Source: Dimorphilus gyrociliatus (Eukaryota > Animalia > Annelida). Taken from it: DNA of 64,000 nucleotides. This document shows, one piece after another, positions 53,037 through 64,000 of the stretch (the first letter of the stretch is position 1; each line of letters begins with the position of its first letter). The position numbers were made by a program, and so were the translations under genes. Below the pieces are notes generated by a model. That model did no database searches, was not told the DNA's origin, and saw nothing but the letters and a program-made list of their open reading frames with translations. The stretch is from positions 2,723,891 to 2,787,890 of the forward strand of contig CAJFCJ010000002.1 in assembly GCA_904063045.1 (NCBI GenBank), written 5' to 3'.

Positions 53037-55638
53037 GTCGTACCCCAAGTGATGTAGCCTAGAGATCGAATGGCCTTCATCTTTCCAATTATCTAAAGTA
53101 AACTAGTAAATTTACCAAAAAATAATAAAATGGAATTGGAAAAGAAGGTTAATTTGTTTTGGGTAAGAAGTAGAACTTCCGGTAAAGTTCTTCATGTATT
53201 TTTCTCATATCTTTCTTTTTCAACTTTTACTCTTTTTTTATATATAAAATTTTTTTCTTAAAGGAAAGATATTTATATATGTAAAACAAAGAAAAGATTA
53301 TAATCGTCATATCTAAATATTAAGTTTTTAATATTATTAATATTACCATATTCATCAAATTTTTTTTTTTGCTTTGTTATTTGTGTGAAAAATTTTATTA
53401 TATTTTTATTAGTTTTTTTTATAAAAAAAAAAAGAAAGGCAACTTTTGCAAATAAAAAGGAAAAAAATGTTCAATAAAATAGTTACAGAAGAAGTAAAAG
53501 ATAAGGAGAAATAGTAAAGGGATAATTCATTGAAAAGAATATCTTAACAAAACTAAATGTTCTTGTTCCATGTTTTTTAAATCTATATTACAATATCTCC
53601 TTTTCTTTTTATTTTTCTTATCTCATTCGTTAGTTAGTTCATATCACGCACTATTTTTTCACTTATTTAATTATTTACATCATCTTCAATCAATCAGCTT
53701 AATGAGCTGCGTAAACATCTCAACTCAAAGCCAATTGTTTGTCGGGGTTTACGTTAGAGAAAAGATCATTGATTACATAAAAGAGTAAAAAAGGTTGGAT
53801 AGATAAAGAGAAAGAGAGGAAAATAAAATCTTGATTAGATTAACTTAAATTGATAAAAAAAAAGAGAAAATTTTACCTTAAATATATTCTTGCTGAGTCT
53901 AATTGTTCCTTTCTATATGATGTTTTAGACAATCTTTTCTCCTAGCCAAAAGTTATGTGCAATAAAGGACGCTACTTAGAGCGTACTGATGGAAAATATT
54001 TTCCCAGAGGCTTTTTATCATTGGCTATTTGCTTGGCTTCTCACTTTAAAGGTGCTTATACTGTTTACATCAGTAAATATGCCTGAATAATATAAATTTA
54101 TATATATGTACATATGTTTTTTCATATATAAAAGAAAATGAATATAGTAATAAGTTTGGTAATACTCACTTTATGCATATAGGCCCAGCACAGTATGAGA
54201 TTTGAGGAATCTAGTCATAGCCAGTCCTCTTTTTTTTTCCTATTTATAATTGGCAATAATTTACCGCAAATAACAAGTGAGAAAAGGAATTCAATTGAAT
54301 ATTTTACTTAGCAAAGAGGTTATTTCTCTTTTTTCTTCTTATTTAGCTAAACACATTCCATATTAAAAATATTTGAAATAAAAACACATTTTAATTGTTA
54401 CAAAGGTGTATGTATTAAGTAAAATGTGACCCAAAAATAAACTTGAAAGATATAGTCATAAACAATATATATAAACACGTTTTTTCATAAACTTAGTTAT
54501 TTATAATATTATTGATAGTAAATCAAGCTCAAGAGTAACGTGATGTTATTGTCTGTTTTAAGTCTGTCTATACACACATTTATATATATATATATATATC
54601 GATAGTAATACTTCATTTGTTTATTTTATTTGTTTATTTACCTATCTCTATCTTAACTATATCTTGACACAAACTATTCTTGTTTTTTGTTAGCTATGGC
54701 TACTTTGTATTTGTTATTGTATTTTATACTTCGTCTCTTATTTAGATAGATATTTTTTATAAAAATTCTTTTTTAAAATAACTTTTCTCTCTTCTTCTTT
54801 CTTTTATATTTTACCTTCAATAATAAAAAATACAATTTTCTGCATAATAAATAAATTTCATATATTAAAAGAGTTAATTTAAATATTCATGAATATTAAT
54901 ATCTAAATATTTATTTAAATTGATATTCAAAAATGATATGTGTATGTATATATATATATATAAATGAAAAATTTGAATAATTATAATTATTTATATATAT
55001 TATATATAATTTATTTATAATGTAAATACAGTATATATAAATTTTTATAATTGGAGAATACAGTTGGAAAAAGTAATATTAGAGAAAATATGTCTATTGT
55101 TATATGAATATTTTTATAATTACAACTGATTTGTGGACAGTCACAGCTTTTGAACCAGTGTTATGGATATCTTGAAAAGAAAACTTTATTAATCTTTTAA
55201 ACCATATTGTATTTAATTGATAATATATAATATATAATTTTATATTCTGTTTTAGAAACTTTGAACAATTATTATTAATAAATATTATATATTTTTCCTA
55301 TTCTAATAGCCTGTATGATTAATCTTAGCCTCAAATATTTTCATTGTTGGCCAGGTTATCTTTAGAATATTGATATATTTTCTATCATTTTACAACACCA
55401 GATGGCACTACCATAAAGATTAGAATGTCATATATTCTTTATCAAATTTATCTGTCTGTATTGAACAGTTTTAATTTAAAGTAAGTATAATCTATTAGAT
55501 AAATGCTACTCTTTAACTTTATTTATATTAGAATAACAGAACCCATTTGGTAAACTTAGGAAACATTCGTAGACTTTTCAATTACCCATTTTTAAGTAGA
55601 CCTTATATTCCGTACGTTTACAGGGCAAATCTGATGCA

Positions 55639-56555
55639 ATGGTTATGAATAAAATACGGATACTTCTAATTCGATCGTATAATACCATGTTTAATAAATA
55701 TTTACTGGTAACGAATATTGCCACATGTTCGGTCATGTTAGGTCTAGGTGAAGTTGCTGTACAACAAATAGAAATGTATAGAAATCATAGAGAGAAGCGA
55801 GATTGGTCAACAGTTGGTAAGTGTTTCTGAGGAGTCCCTATCATTGTGAAGAAATAATATCCCTAACATAGGTAGAATGATGATTCTGGGAGGGATAAAT
55901 GGTCCATTGAATCATTATTGGTATACAAATTTAGATAAATTTTTTCCGGGAAGAAATCTTGGACCAATCGTTAAAAAGATTATCATGGATGAAACAATTG
56001 GATCTGTTATGTTTACAAGTATATTTTTCATTGGTAAGTAAAGTTTTACTATTAAAAATGTAAAAAAACCAGTTAAACTATATATCAAGAGATTTTATTG
56101 TCATATTTGATTTATTGAGTGATATTTATAATTGAATCTTTTCTTTATATGTCGTTTTAGGAGCTGGACTTTTAGCTGGTCATACTCTAAATGATGCTGT
56201 AGACGAATTGAAATCAAAATTTATAACTGTATATAAAGTAAATGTTTTGCTATTTATATATAACAAGTTCATTAAAAGGAAATTAATTGATATTTTCAGG
56301 CTGACTTGACTATATGGCCTGTAGCACAACTAATAAATTTTTATTTAATTCCTATTAAATTCAGGGTAATATTTGTAGCATTTCTTAGTTTTGGATGGTG
56401 TTCTTTTCTATGTTACATGAGTGTAAGTATTGTTAATTATATGCAAATTTATACTACACATACAACATATAAATTGTAATTTTCAGAGTGTAGAAGTTGA
56501 TAAAGATGAGGGAGAAATTTCAAAAGTCTCACTTAAAGCTATAAAAGAACCTTAG
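55639..56555 (+). CDS. MPV17L2: Mpv17/PMP22 family membrane protein, MPV17L2-like; 5 exons, 202 aa
   Basis: Exons 55639-55816, 55872-56033, 56161-56237, 56300-56422 and 56487-56555 join in frame. Motifs YLLVTN..GE..QQIE, GPLNHYWYTNLDKFFPG, VKKIIMDE, ADLTIWPVAQLINFYLIP.KFRV. The subfamily assignment is from recalled motif similarity. Confidence 0.85.
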
Positions 56556-57761
56556 TGCAAAAAACCATTGTGCCTATGAATCCACTAAAGAGATAAACTA
56601 AAGACAATATCTTGTCATAAATGGAACCTTCATTGTCTATTTCTGTTATAAAAGTTAGTTGTCTAATCTGATTAGGAAGACGGTTGTTCTAATATAATAT
56701 ATTGTAGTTCTCCACAAACCGGTAGAATTGTTTTCTGTAAATTTCAATAGTAAGACTGTCTCATAAGTCCTAAAGTCTTTGGTTATGTATTAGGTCAATT
56801 TTTATTTATCAGGCATATTGTCTGAATTACGAGATAGTCGAATGTATTTAGAATGCAATTATCAGTTGTGAAATCCCATATAAAACAAAAATACATCAAT
56901 TTTGTTTGGATTATCTGAGTAATCTATGCTTAATCTGACAGAATAAAAGTCGTTCGAATACTGTGAAACTGATTCATACATATATCTTCCCGCCACAGGA
57001 TAAATCACGTTTTAATAGAATGGATATTCACCAAATGTCAATTTGTTCATTTCGAGAAACGTTAAGGATCTTAATAAAACCGCTGATCCCAGAAATGAGA
57101 GAAAGTATTTCATTCCGTTTCCGTTTATTCCTCTCGCTCTCTCTTTAACCCTATCTTAATATCTCTCTTATATTAAAATTATACAGAATAAACAATACAT
57201 TACAGAGAGACTTTGTGTATTTTATATAAGACTTGAATATTTTTTATGTGTACATTATCTGTTTTATCGTTCTTTCTTTTGAAGCCAATATCTTTTGAAT
57301 ATCAATTTACCGTAAGATTTTTCAGAGCAAGAAGTTTAAGCAAAAAAGAAAATATTCAATCTGTTTATATATGTATATATATTAATATTTTTTCAGCTCA
57401 GAGTCTAAAGCTCAATTGACATTCCGTGATAATATTAAATTATGCAAAATAGAAGGAATGTTTAATAAATGGGGAGGGAAAAATATGAAAATAGGGGTGG
57501 AGGGAATATTTAAAATTTAAAAAAAACCCTTTTCGTTTATTTCAAAAACTATTCAATAGTTTATTTTATATTATTGTTATTTGCAAATAGATAAATGTAG
57601 AGGTCATTGACTGTTCAATACTTCTTCCACTTTAATAAATAAGAATTTATTTTATCAATAACTTTCAGCAACTAGTTATTTGCCTAAAGAAATACATTCT
57701 TATTTATAACAAATGTTTAACCATCAACTCTTCCATTCCACTAGATATGCAGTATATGCTA

Positions 57762-57764
<3 letters not shown>

Positions 57765-57807
<43 letters not shown>
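57765..57807. repeat. (TA)n microsatellite
   Basis: Direct inspection. Confidence 0.95.
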
Positions 57808-57810
<3 letters not shown>

Positions 57811-60156
57811 TTTAAATCGCACACTATGCTCGCTCTCTCTTTGTCTCCCTTTATTCTTTATAGAGACTCTCATCCTTTATATATATATATTTTTTTCAAT
57901 TGGTAATAAGAGATTCCTAAAAATAAAAAGACTGAAACAACTCCATTTTTAGATTTTTAACATGAAACTACCAAAGAAAGTAGGTCTATTTTCATAAAAA
58001 AAATAAAAGATGTATATAAAGATATGATATTCTGTTTAAATGTGAAATATTTTACAGCATGCACATTTGTTCACCAAAGTAAAATAACAAAAAATGTCTA
58101 GATTTAATTGATATTCCCAATATGGTAATGATTGGATAGTGTGTTCTATATAAAATAAAGTGACTTGAAGAAATTACTCATCAAAAGACTTAGCCATTTT
58201 TCATTTTATTACCTTTCTCTTATTTTATGTTTTTCTTTTATTCCTTAAATTAATTTCTATACCTTTGTATAGACTTAAATAATTCTTTTACAAGTGACCA
58301 GCCTGATACTATCATATAAAATCAATCTAATTGTAATCAGAAGACAGATATGTCTATATTTAGTGCCAAAAAAAAGAGCATTTCTTCAGCGTTATATATA
58401 TATTTATGTGCATTTGGAAAGATCTATCTTCTAAGTATTAATTTATACGAAGATACTTTAAAGGTCGTAATACGTGGCTTAATGGGGGGAAGATAAGATT
58501 TACAGAACTAATTTATTCAATGTTAAATACTGCAAAGACACGTATATGTGTATATATATTCCTCCGCTTTTCTGTCTCTCTCTCTATACAGTGTATATAA
58601 GTATGTGTATATACAGTATATATATATATCTATAATGTATATACTGGATATAAATTTGCACCTAAAATTACCCCTTGAATTACTTTACTTTTATCAAAAG
58701 TTAAACGATAAATGAGAGTATAACAAGAAAATTTAGATGCTTCTTCTTTAAAGAGAAAAAGTATCCTTATATTTTAATTTAAGCATTTTCTTTCTCTGAT
58801 ATAGGGAGAAAGTAATGGTAAAATTAGGAGATTGAAACTAATCAAGACGGATTTGTTTTTCAAAGAAAACAGCTAATTATTTTAATTTTATCCAATCCTA
58901 TTTAAGATTTTCATCCAATACTATCCAATAGCAGTTTACAGTCAAGCTGACATTGCTAGGAAAAGCGGAAAGAATAGTTGAGCGCTGAAGTCTGGAAAAA
59001 AGCCCTAGATTATAAGGAATCCAGGGCAGCTATACAATGAACGATGATGACGTAAAGCATGAATCATTTCTCCACAAAATTCACCAAATTAACAAAGAAA
59101 ATATATGCAAACAGCATAAATGTGATGTTAAAGGATATTTTGAAATATATGGTCTCAGCCGTACTCTATAATTGGATTTGGTTTTTATCACCAGCATACA
59201 GTCCGTAAAAATGTAGTCCTACAGTATCTGGACATATAACAAAGCGCTATTTTGTTGAAGAAGAGATAATAAATGTTGTTACATTTCATTGCCATAAAAT
59301 ATTTATGAAATCTTGTCGAGAAAGAACTACATATTCTTCTCTTATGCAACGATTTATGGTTGGTTTAATAAGAGAATACATTTATCTGCTAATCGGGCTA
59401 TTCCCCTTTCCCTCTCCCTCTCTCTCCCTTTATAAAGTACGTCAAAACAATTACTTCGCTTTGCAACAAATCGATTCCAATTCAGTCGTCCCACGACTGT
59501 TCACCTGATTGTTAAGTTCAAATTCGATGGAGGGTTAAATGAAGGACACTTTTCTTCACCTTAAAATTAGACGCCTTTCTAAATCTTGCCTGAATAGGTC
59601 TAACTTAAAATAATTGATAACCTTATACCCTACGCTATAATATCAACAAAAGATAAATCCCTTTTATGGTTTATACTTCAATTTCAGGCATAGAGTCTAC
59701 ATTGAATAAAATTCAACATATTTTATAGCGTTTTTCTCTTCAAATGTTTCATTTTAATTAACTTTTATCGAATTTTGTATTCTCTCGAATATTTTACTGA
59801 TTAAAATTGTTATCTTCTAAATAATTTTAAAACGTTCTATATTCACATTGACACTCAAACACACTTAACTAACGAGTAAAATTAATCACAGTCTATAATA
59901 ACGCTACGAGTTAAAAATTTTACATTTTTGTCGTGCTCGATTTTGACGTTATTCTACAGGCCTACATGACTAGGTTTGTCGTTTTTTTTTTATTAACAAA
60001 AAAAAACGTCTTTTTTAATTTTTCTTTTTGGAATGCGTCTTTTTTTTTCCATATTTATGATAGAAGCGCTAGATAAAACGCACGAAAAAAAAATAAGTTA
60101 ATAGGTATAACAGAAGAAATGAACATAAAATTATTCTTTTTTTTTTTTTGCTTGAA

Positions 60157-60209
60157 TAGTAGTAGTAGTAGTAGTAGTAGTAATAGTAGTAATATAGTAG
60201 TTATAGTAG
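60157..60209. repeat. (TAG)n trinucleotide repeat, degenerate at one end, downstream of the Rab3 stop
   Basis: Direct inspection. Confidence 0.9.
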
Positions 60210-60320
60210 CATTAGAGTGGGAATAATTTTTGGTTGATTCTTTTTTTTTTTTGTTTGATGATTTTAGATTAGTTTTCATCTACATATTCTTTTTATACTT
60301 TTTTGCTTTGCTTTTTTATT

Positions 60321-62983
60321 CTAACATTGACAACTTGACTGAGCGCCCTGACCGGATTGATTATCCGTTAGTCGTCGAGTTTGCTGATTATTCATTATGC
60401 TCGGATCCGAATCGAGACTTTCGCTCATTTTATCGCATATAATATCAACGAGCCGCTCAAAAACAGCCTTCACATTTATGTTATCCTTTGCTGATGTTTC
60501 GAAGAATTCCAGACCTGTTGATTATCGAAAATACTTAATTAGCAACTAATTAGCTCTAACAGTATTGAATTTTCTTATAAACCCTCCTACATTAACTATC
60601 ATTACACTCGATTAACTCAATCCTTTAGTCATACTAGCTGGATTCTATCGACCTTACGTAATGAAGCGTTCTTTGCTCGCAGATTATATAATATCGACTT
60701 TTCATACGCTTTTCTTTTATCTTACTTGTCTGACTAGATTGTCTGATAATTCCCACAAGAGAATGAAAAGCCAGAAACGAACCTAATTGATCGGCCAATT
60801 GTTTGCCGCGTTCAGTTGAAACAACTCTTTCATCTTCCAGATCGCATTTATTACCGACCAGCACCACTTGCGCGTTGTCCCACGAATAGGTCTTGATCTG
60901 AGTGCACCTGATAAAAGGGGGAAAAAATTCATGATTTTGGAGAAATTTTGATATACAGTTATATTATAATCATATTCCTATCTTTTAAACATCTTTATAT
61001 ATATATATCAGTATTTGTAGCCTTAAAAGAGATCTATTAAAGTTACATCAAAGTCATTTTGAACTCGCAAAAGAAAAGATTACATAGCTTCATAGATAAA
61101 CTTTTTTTTAACAAAATTAATTTTATGATTATATATTTTATACCAATTTTAGTATGTTTCTAGGGGCAATGTCCCAAATAGTATCTGAACCACTAACTAA
61201 CTACAAAGTTACTAAGCAGACTTATTATTGTATGTAGATATGTATCAAGATATTTTTATGATAAATAATAACGCAAACCGCTTCGTTAATTATAGGGGTC
61301 GGTCGCTTAATTTATTATGATAAATTAACGAATTTAATGTATATTGGAAAATATGACTAAAACAAAAAAATCAGTACATTGAATATAATAAACTAAATAA
61401 ATTTATATAAAATACAAAAAAAAAAACAGTGAAATGATAGAGGAAAATTTCGATCGATAGTAAACTAATACATTGAGAAAATTTTATGGGTTTTTACATT
61501 AAATTCTATATATAAATAACTTGTTCTCAACATTTAATGTTGTAAATGCTGTTCCTCACTCTTAGGGTAAATTTTAGCTCAGATTAGCTCTGAAGCTAAG
61601 ATTTTAGTCAAAATTATGGATTATTCGAAGACCACTGATAAAAATGAAAAAATTGTTTTTCACATTAGCAGAGTTGCCTCTCTTTTTTTTTTTTTACAAT
61701 ATTCGTATCACGTTTGGCACTCGAACGAAAGAAAATTTATCTGTACATCTCTATATTGAAGTCAAATTTCCGTAACGGTCAAGGTCGGTCAGAGACTGAG
61801 GGGAAGAACGATTTGTTTTCGAGATATTTTTAATTATTTAGGATTGTACTAACAGATGTTTGAACTTCTAAAAACGTGGTTCATTTGTGACGTAAATCGG
61901 TTTGAATTGCCTTTTTATTAAGTTAAAATTCACACATGTTTAAGCGTAATAATTGAAATTATTGTATACTTCCGGTTATTTACAAACTGGAAGTTTTTCC
62001 ATATAATCAATAAATGCGCCCGTAAGTGTGAGGAGGTGGCTAAGGGAGAGGGAGAATGGGGGAGGGGAAAAATGCCCCTAGTATAGATTATTAATGACCA
62101 GTTGTTTATTCGACTTTCTAAGCGTCCTTGCATAATTTACACTATTCTCTTTTTACATCGGAAAGGTTATTGATTTTTCGAGTACCTGCTAGCATTCGTC
62201 AATTAACTTACCAATCGTGAACAGCGTTAAACGACTCCTCATTCGTGATATCATACATAAGAATAAATCCCATAGCCCCCCGATAATAGGCTGTCGTTAT
62301 TGTTCTGTATCTGCAAAGATTAATTTCAAATTGTACTCGTTATTGATTACTGAACTAATAAAATATTCAAAATCAAGGTATTCTTCTCAAAACCAATAAA
62401 TAAAGCCATAAAATTGTCTTTCCTGTTTTCATGGAAAATAACATACAACTATAAAATTATAAAAAACAAAAGTACTCAATCAAACTCTGAATCAATAATA
62501 CGTTTGCTTTTTGAATAGATCATACTCGAGTAAAGAGTTTATAGTATTAGATTAATATATCTAATTATTAAGATGTATAAAATCTTGTTATATAAAACAA
62601 GGAAAATTTAATAAACGTATCAAGATGGCGGAATACGAAAAATTAATTAATCACCTGATGATTTCAAAATATACTGTAATATACCTTGATTATTCAGAAT
62701 GAGTTGGAAAAGAGCATAAACACTAATAAAAAGCTCACCGTTCTTGTCCAGCTGTATCCCATATTTGCAGCTTTACCCTTTTATCTTGCCTGAAGACGGT
62801 CTTCACCTTAAAATCAATCCCTACCGTCGAAACAAATGCCGATGTGAAGGAATCATCCGCATATCGGAATAAGAATGAGGTTTTGCCAACGCTTGAATTG
62901 CCGATTATGAGCAATTTAAACATATAATCGAAATTCTGGTCGGCTGCATCTTTGGTCCACTGACTACTGTTCGATGAAGCCAT
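60321..62983 (-). CDS. Rab3: Ras-related protein Rab3, 4 coding exons, 220 aa
   Basis: Exons complement(62739..62983, 62212..62310, 60783..60907, 60321..60514). [86 protein letters not shown]-terminal CQC prenylation motif. Confidence 0.97.
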
Positions 62984-63229
62984 CTGCAAAAAAATGCAGT
63001 TGATGCAGTAACTGTTGACACTCCTGACATATGGGAGAGTCTATCATATGTATTTACTAAAATTGATACATTTTCAGTCTTTAAATTTATTTTTATAAAA
63101 TTGTATTTATAACAAGCTTCCAGCCTTCAATAATTTAAATAATTATCTGATTTAGGTTTAATTCGTTGGAAATAGCCCTTAATAAAGATTAACAGATGTT
63201 AGTTTTTAAAGAATAGGTTAATATACCTT

Positions 63230-63482
63230 TTACTTCGTTTGGAATGTTTCGAAAATTATGAGAGAAAGTGTAATCAAAGAGAAAAAACGTCTAATCCTTC
63301 GTAAAATCCTATAGTTAATCAACTATGCCGCCATATTTACTAGACAGTGGACTCGTCCTCATTAACAAAAACCTTTTCTGACCAATCACCGTCGACTACG
63401 CTTTGGTGGATGTATTCTAGACAAATCGGCAATACTACGGGTTTCATTTAGAACGCAAATACACCGCTCATTACTATTCAAC
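63230..63482. promoter_or_regulatory. Probable bidirectional promoter between Rab3 (-) and an unidentified gene (+)
   Basis: CpG-richer segment with a CCAAT box (GACCAATCA at ~63381). Minus-strand donor near 63226 fits a Rab3 5' UTR exon. Plus-strand ATG at 63483. Confidence 0.45.
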
Positions 63483-63525
63483 ATGGCGGAGCCATCAAAT
63501 ATGGCGAATGAAAATCATCAACTTG
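63483..63525 (+). CDS. First coding exon of an unidentified gene (MAEPSNMANENHQL...), continuing beyond the window
   Basis: Good start context AACATGGCG, 14 codons, then donor G|GTAAGA. No downstream exon recognised before the window end. Confidence 0.5.
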
Positions 63526-64000
63526 GTAAGATTTATTCCATATTCATAATTACGAGTTAGCATAATGAGTTACCTGTAATGTCGTTTTTTAAAGTTATTA
63601 CTAACAAATCGCTAGTTTTTCTTATTTATAAAATTTAAAAATGATTATTCCTTTTTAAACGCTATTCTTTTCTATTTCCGCATTACAATCCTTACCGAAC
63701 TTTGTGAAGTTGTAAACAATGCATAAATATTATCTTTTTTAAATATTTTACAACTTGTAAGTTGATATTTTAATTTATAAAACCGATCTAGCGTGTGATA
63801 TTTCGTGTTTAGTTGCTAGACAACATGTACACACACATGACTTACATATTCATACACGCAAAAACATGCAAATGCGTTTCATTATGTAGTCTATACATAA
63901 TTATATTCTTGGCGCTTTCTCATCATTTCTCAACAAATCTTTTTAGTTATTTATCATAATTTAAATATTAGAACAAAGTTTGTTCTGATTGCATCTAAAA

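Noticed and set aside
58930-59200. GC-richer stretch with a 45-codon ORF (MNDDDVKHESF...)
   Set aside because: Stops in all longer frames and no splice support; probably part of a long Rab3 3' UTR or intergenic DNA.
62621-62702. CAAGATGGCGG followed by a 25-codon plus-strand ORF inside the first Rab3 coding-region intron
   Set aside because: Better explained as a YY1-like motif; the ORF is short, with no donor or homology.

Overview
AT-rich eukaryotic (invertebrate) genomic DNA with very short introns (mostly 50-110 nt). The gene content (hillarin, LDTI/bdellin-type Kazal, NKY-like peptides, mir-31) points to a compact lophotrochozoan, probably annelid, genome; this is inference. Gene models were spliced by hand from GT/AG sites and frame continuity. 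From 5' to 3': a collectin-like C-type lectin (-); two small signal-peptide genes ending in amidation signals, NKY-like neuropeptide precursor candidates (+), flanking a two-domain Kazal inhibitor (-); a tandem pair of giant (~2,090 aa) DEG/ENaC channel genes (+); about 17 kb without a convincing CDS that contains a mir-31 hairpin (-); hillarin (+); an MPV17L2-like gene (+); Rab3 (-); and the first exon of a head-to-head gene (+). The standout is the channel pair. Each has a ~1,100-aa PAN-MAM-kringle-LDLa-MAM-LDLa-MAM-MAM-LDLa-(Ser-Gly) array inserted in the finger region and a ~450-aa helical insert near the knuckle. The two copies are a mosaic of near-identical tracts and strongly diverged but still open-frame modules. 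No CRISPR array, rRNA, tRNA or intact mobile element was recognised.
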